From a virus, in the IMG/VR virus record IMGVR_UViG_3300046011_002684, positions 26,208 through 90,207 of that record: DNA of 64,000 nucleotides, one strand, 5' to 3'. Shown here piece after piece: positions 9,814-18,911 of this stretch; the stretch's first letter is position 1; every line of letters begins with the position of its first letter. Below the pieces are notes generated by a model that had not been told where the DNA came from, ran no database searches, and saw nothing but the letters and a program-made list of their open reading frames with translations. Both the position numbers and the translations under genes were made by a program.

Positions 9814-10665
9814 TTAAAAAAATTCCTCTACTACTTCAACCAGGAGGCGGCATTGCTTGGAAATAAGATAGGGTAGAACCTTATTACGGGCAGGAACCTT
9901 CTGCGTTACAAATTTATTTATGATTTCTTGTTTCACAGAATCGGGACATTCAGACTCTTCTGTAAGAACAATCATCTTTTTATTACGGATATAATTGCGG
10001 TAGACCTGCTCACCGAGTGCTTTCGGATCTTCGAGCAAAGCCGCTTTCTTCTTAGCAGACAGTGTATTCTGACGCTTACCTTCCACGAGGAACGTATCAT
10101 CGTCAGAAAGAACGTTTGGCACACCGTCACCAGAACAACCACCAAGGATCTGTTCTGCTTGATACAAGCGGGGGTTTGGGTCCTTGACGAACTTCTTAGT
10201 GACTGGGGAGAACTGCTGTACGTTATCATACTTCTGCAGTTGGATAAAGTCATGATCTGACGAGACGATCATAACCTTTTCATAGTTACCAAATTCTTGA
10301 GTCCACTTAGCAATCTCTGCAATGGAATCGTCTGCCTCGCATCCCCATTGGTGAATAACCTTCCAAGGCATATTCTCTTTAATCTCATCGAGAACAGTAG
10401 TGATGTTCTTAAATGCCAGATCCCAATCGATCTTAGACTCATCACGATTTTGTTTACGTTTACCTTTGTACTCAGGATAAACTTCTTTACGCCAATTACC
10501 ACCAGCATCGGCGACAATAACCATTTCACCATAGTCTTTAAACTTCTGGCGATACATTCGTACAGAGTTTAGGATAATGTGACGGATAAGGTTCACATCA
10601 TCATATTTGGCTTGACCCATTACGATTGGTGCAATGGCAATGCCGGAGAAGTCAAGTAAAATCAT
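9814..10665 (-). CDS. rnh: T4-like RNase H / 5'-3' exonuclease
   Basis: ILLDFS, WRK..YP.YKG.R, EADD, SSD.DF.QL, G...DGVPN. Confidence 0.92.
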   Translation of the reverse strand: MILLDFSGIAIAPIVMGQAKYDDVNLIRHIILNSVRMYRQKFKDYGEMVIVADAGGNWRKEVYPEYKGKRKQNRDESKIDWDLAFKNITTVLDEIKENMPWKVIHQWGCEADDSIAEIAKWTQEFGNYEKVMIVSSDHDFIQLQKYDNVQQFSPVTKKFVKDPNPRLYQAEQILGGCSGDGVPNVLSDDDTFLVEGKRQNTLSAKKKAALLEDPKALGEQVYRNYIRNKKMIVLTEESECPDSVKQEIINKFVTQKVPARNKVLPYLISKQCRLLVEVVEEFF

Positions 10666-10877
10666 CAGTTAATCCATTTCTCAGCTATAGTGTATGTATG
10701 TTTACATTTGCCATGCATCTTCATGCCCCAGCAATCGCAGCTTAGCCCTTTGTCGGTAAATTCAATGGTATAGACATTTCCCTTACTGCCAGGGATTTCC
10801 CATCGGCTACCGTTGGCCCAGTGGGAAATGAAGTTAATTTCTTCGGGTTTGTGGAAACGGGGGCTAAACTTGCGCAT
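10665..10877 (-). CDS. SWIM zinc-finger protein
   Basis: GSKGNVYTI...CDC.......CKH. Confidence 0.75.
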   Translation of the reverse strand: MRKFSPRFHKPEEINFISHWANGSRWEIPGSKGNVYTIEFTDKGLSCDCWGMKMHGKCKHTYTIAEKWIN

Positions 10878-10900
10878 GGCTATCTCCTATTCGTAATATG

Positions 10901-10939
10901 AATATATGCTATCCAGCGCTGTTTGTAAATCCCCTATTT
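10901..10939 (-). promoter_or_regulatory. Early sigma70-like promoter
   Basis: AAATAGGGGA-TTTACA-N17-TATATT; GGAG SD downstream. Confidence 0.8.
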
Positions 10940-11155
10940 CTATTTTTTAGAATTGTTTATTCGGTTTGCCTGTCGAGTTGCCCAAGCTGCTTCGAAGCCA
11001 ATATCGTGAACGCCAGCTTCATGGTTTCCCCACAGGCGTTCCATATAAGAATGATAAGTCTTCTCCACGTCCTTCTCAGACCAAGATTCTGGTATGAGCA
11101 TCCCCTTTACAATCCAGTAAAATCTATTTGCTTCTTTTACCTGGTAGTCTGTCAT
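10940..11155 (-). CDS. Hypothetical protein
   Basis: ATGA overlap with upstream gene. Confidence 0.65.
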   Translation of the reverse strand: MTDYQVKEANRFYWIVKGMLIPESWSEKDVEKTYHSYMERLWGNHEAGVHDIGFEAAWATRQANRINNSKK

Positions 11156-11568
11156 TTTAGACTTTGGACATGGCTTCTATGGACTCTACAGTTGATGATG
11201 CCATTATAGTAACGATCATCTAACAGAACGTTTCTAGCGAACTGTTCTTTTGCCTCGAGGAATCCCATCTCGCCCTTTGATCGACAGAAGTATAATATCT
11301 CGCGATGGAAGTTCTGTTCCCCGTGTTCGACAAGTAGCTGTTTAACAAGATCACTGGATCCGTAATAGTTTCTCCAATCGGACTCGACAACACTTCTGCG
11401 CTTTCTGGTCTTACCTTTAAGCGGGGGTAATGTCTTTCTTGACCAGAATATCTTTTTTCCAACATACATCTTGTTGTTAGATTTATCCGTAATGACATAG
11501 ACAAATCCTACTAATTCTTTTAGATCTTCTTCAGTTGGCTCATAAGCCTCGTTTTTATAATACCACAT
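11152..11568 (-). CDS. GIY-YIG nuclease family protein
   Basis: GFVYVIT...MYVGKK, YYGS, EAKEQF, YYN. Confidence 0.75.
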   Translation of the reverse strand: MWYYKNEAYEPTEEDLKELVGFVYVITDKSNNKMYVGKKIFWSRKTLPPLKGKTRKRRSVVESDWRNYYGSSDLVKQLLVEHGEQNFHREILYFCRSKGEMGFLEAKEQFARNVLLDDRYYNGIINCRVHRSHVQSLK

Positions 11569-11605
11569 AACGTCTAATATATAACTCGTATTGTTGCTTT
11601 ACGAC

Positions 11606-12145
11606 TTATATATGAGTCGAAACAAAGTCATAGGATTCTAAGAAAGAAATACTTAAAAGTACTCTATACGTATCTGCAAAGTTAGCTCCACCATGTGGGT
11701 TTTGGGTGTTTATTAGTGCAGGCTGTCTAAGATTATAGAAATCATATTTTTCCGGCTCATAATAATATAATCTTTTACTTTTAGGTAGGCTCGTGCATTC
11801 TTCTCTTGCGGTGTAAATAAGACTAGAATTGAAATCTACTTGTATGGGTATATTAAAAGCGCAACCTCTTTTTCCATCTACGTGTGGAGGACCTAAACCC
11901 ACTTTCGGATAATTTCTAATATACAATATTTCATGATAAGGGATAGGGAATTTTATTAAATCATATAGAGGATGATTAGCATTTAATCTCCAGAGATGAT
12001 GATAACCATCGTCTTCTTCATATCTAAATTTAGATTCGTCTTTTAAATTTAATTCATCTTTTTCCCAATAATCAATTATTGTTTTATGTAAATTAGGATT
12101 AATGGGAACAATTTTATACTGTGTCGTCACTATCTTCTTCTTCAT
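11606..12145 (-). CDS. 2OG-Fe(II)/cupin-like oxygenase
   Basis: PHVD..R.CAFNIP...PH...RVLLSI; AT-rich. Confidence 0.55.
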   Translation of the reverse strand: MKKKIVTTQYKIVPINPNLHKTIIDYWEKDELNLKDESKFRYEEDDGYHHLWRLNANHPLYDLIKFPIPYHEILYIRNYPKVGLGPPHVDGKRGCAFNIPIQVDFNSSLIYTAREECTSLPKSKRLYYYEPEKYDFYNLRQPALINTQNPHGGANFADTYRVLLSISFLESYDFVSTHI

Positions 12146-12275
12146 CTACTAATGAGGTGTATGATTCGTAACCACACATCGGGCAATGATAGGGTTCTTT
12201 TCTACTATTGATCACTGTGACTCGGGTTTCCAAGCCACAGTGATCGCACTCTAACAAGTACTCAGCTAATCTCAA
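12114..12275 (-). CDS. Small zinc-ribbon protein (not in ORF track)
   Basis: TTG start immediately after the nrdA stop; ...LECDHCG...YHCPMCGY...DEEEDSDDTV, two CxxC pairs. Confidence 0.6.
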   Translation of the reverse strand: MRLAEYLLECDHCGLETRVTVINSRKEPYHCPMCGYESYTSLVDEEEDSDDTV

Positions 12276-13919
12276 TTAAGCCTCGCAGGACACGCATGTC
12301 ATGATATCACGAACAAGCTCTTGTGCTGGGTTTGAGGAACGTTGGTAATAGAATGTTTTCACTCCGAGTCTCCATCCTTCGATAATTAATGCGTTAACAT
12401 CTTTTGCCGGAGCATCTGGTGGAATCATGAGATTTAAGCTCTGGCTCTGATCTATATATGATTGTCGAGCAGCAGCTTGTTGGACAACATTCAACGGAGA
12501 GATTTCAGAGAAGGTCTTGAATACATCTCTTTCCTTCTGTGTAAGGAAATTAAGATGCTGTACTGAACCTTTGCGCATAAGGATAGAATCCCATGTCTCG
12601 TCATCGTTCTTACCATGTGCTTCAAGTACTTCTACAAGGTAAGGATTCTTGTAGGTAAATACGCCCTTAGCAAGATCTTTTACGAAGTAATTCGATGCAA
12701 GAGGTTCAATAGACGGCGAGACCTGACCAAGAATAAAACTGCTACTAGTTGTAGGAGCGATAGCACAACGAGTGAGATTACGAATTCCATATCCGAGTAG
12801 TCCTTCTGGTTCACCATAGATTTCTGCCATTTCTTTCGATGCAGCAAGTGACCGTTCATCGATGAACTTGCTAATCTCTTCAGTAAGTTCAAGCGCTTCA
12901 AATGATTCGAATGGAATCATCTTGAGCTGTAGCAACGAATGCCAACCGAGCTGGCCAATACCAAGTGCCCGCCAATGTTTAGCAAATTTGTATGCAGTTT
13001 CCATGAACTTGATGTTCTTGGTCTTACGGATATACTCCTCCATAACTGCATCAAGGAAGTAAGTCATAATCTCAACTGCATCAGTCTCTTTCCACTCGTC
13101 CCAGGTAACTAGGTTCATAGAGGAAAGGTTACAGACAAACGTCCAGTCTTTGCTTGATGGTAGTGCAATCTCAGAGCAAAGATTCGACGCATAGATTGGA
13201 TAGTTATGATCCTTTAGCACCTTCGGCTTATTGTTGTTCACCGTGTCGGTAAAGAACAGGTAAGGATAACCAGTTTCTTTACGCTTACGAAGAACCTTAG
13301 CCCAGACTTCGCGCTTTGCTTTATCACCGGTAATCATGCTCTCCATCCACTCGTCGGTAATAGTAACACCGATAGAGATGTTCTGGATAGTAGCTCCTGG
13401 TTCACGAATCTCTAGGAATTCATTAATATCAGGATGATCGATATTGAGATAAGCAGCAAATGCGCCTCGTCGTACTGATCCCTGACTAATAACATCAGTG
13501 CCAGTATCATAGAGCCGAAGATAATGAATAGGTCCATCTGCTTTGCCGCCGCCTCGAATAGAGCTTCCGCGCGGGCGAAGGTCACCGAAGTAACCAGAAG
13601 TCCCAGCACCAAGCTTCGTTTGCATACCAACTTCAGCAGTCTTTTGCAGGATCTGCTCAATAGAATCTTCTACATATACACCATTACAGGAGATAGGTAG
13701 ACCACGATCTACACCAAAGTTTGACCAGACTGGTGACGACAGGCTATAGTAACCTGCAATCATGTACTTGTAAAACTTCTTAGCAAAGCCTGGTTTATTT
13801 AAAATCTTTTCTGCAGCCTGTGCAATCTCTTCGATACGGTCTTCAGCAGACATACCCTCTTGCAAATAACCTCGAGACAAGAATAGTCTCGAATCTTCGT
13901 TTAGCCAATCAAATGCCAT
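12276..13919 (-). CDS. nrdA: Class I ribonucleotide reductase alpha subunit (no ATP cone)
   Basis: PISC, SNLCSEI, CNLSS, IAPTTSSS, KTFYY, C-terminal CVSC. Confidence 0.97.
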   Translation of the reverse strand: MAFDWLNEDSRLFLSRGYLQEGMSAEDRIEEIAQAAEKILNKPGFAKKFYKYMIAGYYSLSSPVWSNFGVDRGLPISCNGVYVEDSIEQILQKTAEVGMQTKLGAGTSGYFGDLRPRGSSIRGGGKADGPIHYLRLYDTGTDVISQGSVRRGAFAAYLNIDHPDINEFLEIREPGATIQNISIGVTITDEWMESMITGDKAKREVWAKVLRKRKETGYPYLFFTDTVNNNKPKVLKDHNYPIYASNLCSEIALPSSKDWTFVCNLSSMNLVTWDEWKETDAVEIMTYFLDAVMEEYIRKTKNIKFMETAYKFAKHWRALGIGQLGWHSLLQLKMIPFESFEALELTEEISKFIDERSLAASKEMAEIYGEPEGLLGYGIRNLTRCAIAPTTSSSFILGQVSPSIEPLASNYFVKDLAKGVFTYKNPYLVEVLEAHGKNDDETWDSILMRKGSVQHLNFLTQKERDVFKTFSEISPLNVVQQAAARQSYIDQSQSLNLMIPPDAPAKDVNALIIEGWRLGVKTFYYQRSSNPAQELVRDIMTCVSCEA

Positions 13920-13931
13920 TATATACTCCTA

Positions 13932-14900
13932 TTAAAATAAATCATCTGCTGAAATTCCTTGACCACGGGCGTAATCTACCGGACGGCCATGGAAAAAGTC
14001 AACCATATTTGAACCATAAAGTCCTTCATCAAACCATTTTGTTAGCTTAATTAATTCTTTATCATAAGTTACATTGTGTGCAAATCCAATTTGCTCTAGA
14101 CTATCTACCATACGCTTTTTAATGAATTCAATAAGAATCTCACTGGAAAGACCCAGCTCTTCATAGTCACCCATGATCCAACGGATAACATCTGATTCGT
14201 ATCCGATAGCTGCTTCAATCTCTTCTGCAATACGTGCTTCAAGTTCTGCATCAAACAGTTCAGGATATTCCTGACGCATTGTGTTAATCAGTTTAATACC
14301 ACACTGTGCATGAAGCATCTCTTCGTTGCGAGTGTACTTCACTTGCTGTGCAGTGTCTTTTAGAATAGCTTTATTCTTATTCATATGTAAAATAATATAG
14401 AATTGGGAGAAGAGTGAAACATTCTCCACAAACAAAGTAAACAGAGTAATAGCGTAAATATACTGCTTTCTGTCGTCTTTGTAAACCTTCTTGCTGTACT
14501 TACGGAGATATTCTACACGGCCAGCAATAATAGGATTTTCTAGATTGCGTTCAAAGATATCGGTTAGACCAAGAACATCAAGAAGCTTTTCATATGCCAT
14601 GTTGTGAATAACTTCAGAGTTACCCATTGCATAGCCAAGATCACGAATAGATGGATGCGGTAGATTATCCCCAAGATTTGCCCAAAAGGTTTTAACGGCT
14701 ACCTCGATCTGACCAATAGCCGAAAGCGCGCGCACGAGCACTTCGCGCTCGAGAGGGGTCATTTCGCTTTTAAACTGGGAGTAGTCAGAGGTAAAGTTAA
14801 ATTCTTCAGGCGTCCAAAATCCGCTCCAGATAGCATCGATGAATTCTTTGGTCCAGGGATAAAGATCTGGTTTTCTTGATATTTGTTCTTGAAATAACAT
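13932..14900 (-). CDS. nrdB: Class I ribonucleotide reductase beta subunit
   Basis: FWTPEE, EVIH..AY, VENVSLFSQF, EEMLH, DFF. Confidence 0.97.
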   Translation of the reverse strand: MLFQEQISRKPDLYPWTKEFIDAIWSGFWTPEEFNFTSDYSQFKSEMTPLEREVLVRALSAIGQIEVAVKTFWANLGDNLPHPSIRDLGYAMGNSEVIHNMAYEKLLDVLGLTDIFERNLENPIIAGRVEYLRKYSKKVYKDDRKQYIYAITLFTLFVENVSLFSQFYIILHMNKNKAILKDTAQQVKYTRNEEMLHAQCGIKLINTMRQEYPELFDAELEARIAEEIEAAIGYESDVIRWIMGDYEELGLSSEILIEFIKKRMVDSLEQIGFAHNVTYDKELIKLTKWFDEGLYGSNMVDFFHGRPVDYARGQGISADDLF

Positions 14901-14991
14901 TTAACTCTCCGCATGCGAACAACACAAGCCTACTGTCCCGTGGACCAGGCTTTATTGTTCTAGGTTATTGTGATGGTTTCTTAGTAATGAT

Positions 14992-15024
14992 ATTATATAT
15001 GAAATACCGAAGCTTGTAAACCAC
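14992..15024 (-). promoter_or_regulatory. Early sigma70-like promoter for nrdB-nrdA
   Basis: GTGG-TTTACA-N17-TATAAT. Confidence 0.75.
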
Positions 15025-15067
15025 TATATGTAGTATTATCGTAATAATTTTTTACTACATATGTAAA
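15021..15067. promoter_or_regulatory. Tandem NrdR-box-like operators
   Basis: CCACTATATGTAGTAT (15021-15036) and a weaker TTACTACATATGTAAA (15052-15067), 31 bp apart, directly upstream of the nrd promoter -35. Confidence 0.6.
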
Positions 15068-15069
15068 AT

Positions 15070-15453
15070 TTACTGGGTATTTTCTACGGTCTCTGGTTCG
15101 CCCTGTATCGCCTTTTCATAGTAGGCAATGATCTGCTTTTGTTGGAGAACGTATCTTCTTAGCTCAGCCATGCCTACTGAAAGGTTCTCATATCCCTTTG
15201 GGGTAATAGCCATGAAGGCAACTGATCCACCAGCTGCTTCAATCTTCTTCAGGGACTCTTCCAGATTGTCCCTGTTCACCACGAACCATTCCACTGCAGG
15301 GAAGTCTACGGGGCTAGGTGCTTGCTGAAGCATGATGTTCTGCTTCACATATTCTTTTTGTACAACGACTTCTTTGTCTGGGATTTTAAATTGGCCGCAA
15401 CTACTCAGTAACAGGAGCGACAGGAATAGGATCGACAGGTGCAGTAGTTTCAT
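15070..15453 (-). CDS. Outer-membrane lipoprotein, o-spanin-like
   Basis: Lipobox LSSC; overlaps the 3' end of the upstream TM/coiled-coil gene. Confidence 0.7.
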   Translation of the reverse strand: MKLLHLSILFLSLLLLSSCGQFKIPDKEVVVQKEYVKQNIMLQQAPSPVDFPAVEWFVVNRDNLEESLKKIEAAGGSVAFMAITPKGYENLSVGMAELRRYVLQQKQIIAYYEKAIQGEPETVENTQ

Positions 15454-15814
15454 TCTTTAATTCCTCTCTGAGTCTATTAACAGCTCGATTAATACGTGCT
15501 TCTAGGTCAGCCGCATTTACCATTGCTTCCTTATTCAGGTCAATCTCACTGAATCTTTTTCTCAGTCTATTTAGGTTGCTTTCGGCCTGTTGTAGGGCAA
15601 CAGTAAGCTCTTTATTTAATTTTGCTGTTCTTGCAGCATCAGCTTCCATGGAGTTAATAGTATTCTCCATAGTCTCTGCGGCTATCTGTAGCTTTGTATT
15701 ATTCTCACGGAGTAATGCAATTGTAGCTTGGGTGCTATTATAATAGGCATAAGCACTATACACTACTGTACCAAATGTAGCTACAATAAACAGTAAAAGA
15801 TATACTCTAATCAT
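15401..15814 (-). CDS. Inner-membrane i-spanin-like protein
   Basis: N-terminal TM plus long coiled coil; overlapped Rz/Rz1-type architecture. Confidence 0.7.
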   Translation of the reverse strand: MIRVYLLLFIVATFGTVVYSAYAYYNSTQATIALLRENNTKLQIAAETMENTINSMEADAARTAKLNKELTVALQQAESNLNRLRKRFSEIDLNKEAMVNAADLEARINRAVNRLREELKNETTAPVDPIPVAPVTE

Positions 15815-16007
15815 TTTCTTCCATATACTTTCTAAATCGTTTTAGAAGAATTGGTTGTTTCTTTTTTCTTTTGTCAACAGCAACACGAGGACCCATATTC
15901 TTTGTGTCCTGTGGAATACCTGCATCGGCTGTTGTCATCATCTCATCAACTTGATTGCATTCACCGCAGCAATCTGGGGTTCCGCAGTTAGTATGTTTTT
16001 CTTTCAT
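15807..16007 (-). CDS. Hypothetical protein with Cys cluster
   Basis: HTNCGTPDCCGEC; coupled in the late operon. Confidence 0.6.
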   Translation of the reverse strand: MKEKHTNCGTPDCCGECNQVDEMMTTADAGIPQDTKNMGPRVAVDKRKKKQPILLKRFRKYMEEND

Positions 16008-16594
16008 CTGAGTAACTCCAGAGAGGTAACGTAAATCTTCTGTCTCGATCTTATATGAATCGCTTCGTAAATATTTATACCAAACATCTGTCCAACTGGC
16101 ATCGCATCGTCTTCAATACGAATCTTATCATGTGGAATCATATCCACAGCTTCTGACACTTTTTCATATCTTAATTTATATACGCCAGGACTAAGCTGGC
16201 CATTCGATAGAACAAACCAGTTACTTTCCTCGATCAAGAAATCTGTAGAATCAATCCCTATTTGGGATAATCCTTTTAAAATTCTTTTCTCGGAGACTGA
16301 GTATTTTTCTTTGATAAGATATAATGCAGCTGCATAAGAGGCTAATGTGCTACCACCACCAGGAACCTTTGCCATGAGTCTTTTTATATTAAAAACTAAA
16401 CGGTGGAACGGTGTATAGTAGTCTCTGTAGTTGTCACGCGCCTCAATCGTATTCATGGAATAGTCTCTATTGCGCTTTCCGTCTTTGTCGATAATACCGA
16501 CTTCATATGCTTTTGTCTTGTCAAATGGGGTGACGAGTAAAGTGAGGAATCTGAATGTATAGACTAAATCGCCTGCTTGTTTGATTAATCCCAT
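16004..16594 (-). CDS. Conserved T4-like hypothetical protein
   Basis: YTFRFL.LLVTPF....AY..GIID.DG, YTPFHRLVFNIKR. Confidence 0.7.
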   Translation of the reverse strand: MGLIKQAGDLVYTFRFLTLLVTPFDKTKAYEVGIIDKDGKRNRDYSMNTIEARDNYRDYYTPFHRLVFNIKRLMAKVPGGGSTLASYAAALYLIKEKYSVSEKRILKGLSQIGIDSTDFLIEESNWFVLSNGQLSPGVYKLRYEKVSEAVDMIPHDKIRIEDDAMPVGQMFGINIYEAIHIRSRQKIYVTSLELLR

Positions 16595-16959
16595 TATATC
16601 CTCTTTAATTTTTCAATGACGTCTGGATCAGATTCTATTTCTTTTAGCTGATTCGGGCGAACATGATTTAAATATTCTAAGAAAGGCTTTATTACCTTCC
16701 AGTGTTTAGGTTCTAATCTTAAGCCTAATAGACGTAAGGCTGCATAGTTACCAAATACATTAAAAATTACGATTGTATGATTTAGTATCAAGCGTTCGGA
16801 TAGAATACCTGTTTCGATATATCTATTCACCAAACGCTTGATATATTTAAACCGCTTTAGATCATCATAAAATTCTTCAGGATCAATTTTACCCTTTGGA
16901 GAGTAATAGTGTTTCGCTGCAAATTTTACTAGATCTTCTTCTAGTAAATCATCATCCAT
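16594..16959 (-). CDS. Conserved T4-like hypothetical protein
   Basis: FAAKHY, EF.DDLKRFKYIKRL, ERLILNH..V.FNVFG. Confidence 0.7.
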   Translation of the reverse strand: MDDDLLEEDLVKFAAKHYYSPKGKIDPEEFYDDLKRFKYIKRLVNRYIETGILSERLILNHTIVIFNVFGNYAALRLLGLRLEPKHWKVIKPFLEYLNHVRPNQLKEIESDPDVIEKLKRI

Positions 16960-16967
16960 GAATTATC

Positions 16968-18311
16968 TTATGCGTCCTTGAAGCCGTCGTCTTCTTTCTT
17001 TGAAGCTCTTGCGGTAATGTCAAGTGGTTTATTAATAATATTCTTATCACCCTTAAGCGCATCGCCATGACGAGCTGGAGCTTTCTTACCAGATGCACGA
17101 ATAGCATCGAAGCTTTTCTTATCAACTAATGGCTCATTTACATAGTCGGGCATAGGAGTCGTACGAGCAAGCTCTTTCTTTGCACTCGGAGAAAGACCTT
17201 CACCGCGTGGAGAAGCTACACCTGGACGACCGCTGATTGATGCAGTTGCTGCTTCAGTTTGTACTGATTCTTTCTTCATATCCCAAGGAGCTTTTGCTAG
17301 GCTGACTTTATCCTTAGGCTTAGCCTTAGCAGAACCAAGAGCAGCTTTAATCTCTTTTGGTGTTAGCTTCTTTTCATCAAGATCTGCTTCTTCTTTTGTA
17401 AGTCTATCGGTAGCTTTAGCAATACCCGACATACGATTACCCATTCTTTTTCTAGCACGATCGGTTTCAGAATCGTTCTTATTCGCTAATACTGCTGCAG
17501 TATTTCCGATTTGGTTAGTAGAAGCTTTCTTCACGTATGAACCAAGAGTTGATTTCTTGAGTTCGTCGAGTTCTTCAACTTCTTCCTTAGTTAGCTTATC
17601 AACTGCTTTAGCAATACCCATATCTCTTTTATAGGATTTTTGGAGATTTGACATGCTTGCATCTTTTTCGGCACCACGCTTATACTCTCTACCCGCTAGA
17701 TTGCGTGAGGCTTTCTTTACATATGAACCAAGAGTCTTCTTTGAAAGTTCGTCGAGTTCTTCAACTTCTTCAACTTCTTCTTTCGCAAGTTTACTAGTTG
17801 CTGTAGAAATACCAATCTGTCTTCCTAGGGCTTTCATGTAATTCTTACCACTATCTTTATCTCGAACGTCACCTGCTCTATAAGCCTTAGTAACAGCATC
17901 ACCAGCAGCTTTCTTTACATATGAGCCAAGAGTCTTCTTTGAAAGTTCATCGAGTTCTTCGACTTCTTCTTTCTGAACATCCTTCTTATCTTTCATTACA
18001 TACTGGGTAGGCTTGCGCTTTTTTGTAGCAGGATAAAGCTTGCCATCTTTCATTCCTTTTAGGAAAGAATCTAGCTTTGATTCAGAGGATTCAGAGGTAA
18101 CAACTTCTTTTGTTGTGTCCTTTGATGATTTACCTTTAATAGCAGCTGAAACCGCCTTACGACGATTATGAAGATATTTGTCTGACTTATCAACATCTCC
18201 ATCGTTATCGATATCAGCATCAGCCTTGCCAACTGGATCTAGTTTCTTCTTGGCCGCTTCTTGTACTTCTTTCCAAGCCAGCGCCATTCTTTTAATGTCT
18301 TCTGTTTTCAT
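16968..18311 (-). CDS. Repeat-module putative internal head polyprotein
   Basis: Three ~62-66 aa modules EELDE-L(S/K)K(K/S)TLGSYVKKA-variable-GI.(K/T)A...L(T/A)KEE; EF-hand-like DIDNDGDVDKSD. Confidence 0.7.
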   Translation of the reverse strand: MKTEDIKRMALAWKEVQEAAKKKLDPVGKADADIDNDGDVDKSDKYLHNRRKAVSAAIKGKSSKDTTKEVVTSESSESKLDSFLKGMKDGKLYPATKKRKPTQYVMKDKKDVQKEEVEELDELSKKTLGSYVKKAAGDAVTKAYRAGDVRDKDSGKNYMKALGRQIGISTATSKLAKEEVEEVEELDELSKKTLGSYVKKASRNLAGREYKRGAEKDASMSNLQKSYKRDMGIAKAVDKLTKEEVEELDELKKSTLGSYVKKASTNQIGNTAAVLANKNDSETDRARKRMGNRMSGIAKATDRLTKEEADLDEKKLTPKEIKAALGSAKAKPKDKVSLAKAPWDMKKESVQTEAATASISGRPGVASPRGEGLSPSAKKELARTTPMPDYVNEPLVDKKSFDAIRASGKKAPARHGDALKGDKNIINKPLDITARASKKEDDGFKDA

Positions 18312-18321
18312 TTCTTTACCC

Positions 18322-18594
18322 TTACATTAGTATGTTTGTGGCGATGGCGCCTGACATTGCAATAATTGCTATCCAAAATAGCTTATTAATTGTATTTACC
18401 GTTGTTGCATTCTGCATTACGAGCTTTTCTAATTCGTCTAGTTTCTCGGAGAATCTATTCATACGATCGTATTGAGAAGAATATTTCTGCTCCATAGAGA
18501 TTAACTTCTCTTCTGCACGAGCAATTGTAATCATAGCATCGGAGAGTTTATCAATCTTAGCTTCGATGCGATCTAATCTTGGATCTTCTGACAT
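18322..18594 (-). CDS. Coiled-coil protein with C-terminal TM helix
   Basis: RLDRIEAKIDKL heptads; LFWIAIIAMSGAIA TM. Confidence 0.65.
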   Translation of the reverse strand: MSEDPRLDRIEAKIDKLSDAMITIARAEEKLISMEQKYSSQYDRMNRFSEKLDELEKLVMQNATTVNTINKLFWIAIIAMSGAIATNILM

Positions 18595-18599
18595 ATTCT

Positions 18600-18911
18600 T
18601 TACCACTTTACTTTGTCTGCCCAATAGGCAGCAGACATTTTACCTTTAGCAATATTCTTAGCATGACGTGCTTTGAATGACTTGCGACGAGCTTTCTGAC
18701 GATCTGATTCGCCTTCTTTAGGTGCACCAGCAGTAGTAACACCAGCTTGGCCAAAGCGAATAGTCTTAACCTTATCGCCTTCTTTTGCAACAACGATATG
18801 ACTTTTGGTAGGGTGACTAGGTGTGCCTTTTGGTTTATTATAACCTTCAACTCCCGCAGCTTTTAGGCGGGAGTCTTTTTCTTCGTTAATAAAATCTCTA
18901 AACTTAATCAT
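18600..18911 (-). CDS. Small basic protein with capsid-targeting-like N-terminus
   Basis: MIKFRDFINEE; KTIRFGQ, RRKSFKARH, SAAYWA. Confidence 0.7.
   Translation of the reverse strand: MIKFRDFINEEKDSRLKAAGVEGYNKPKGTPSHPTKSHIVVAKEGDKVKTIRFGQAGVTTAGAPKEGESDRQKARRKSFKARHAKNIAKGKMSAAYWADKVKW

Noticed and set aside
11152-11568. Mobile homing endonuclease or intron
   Set aside because: Only the short catalytic domain is present, with no DNA-binding extension, and no neighbouring gene is interrupted
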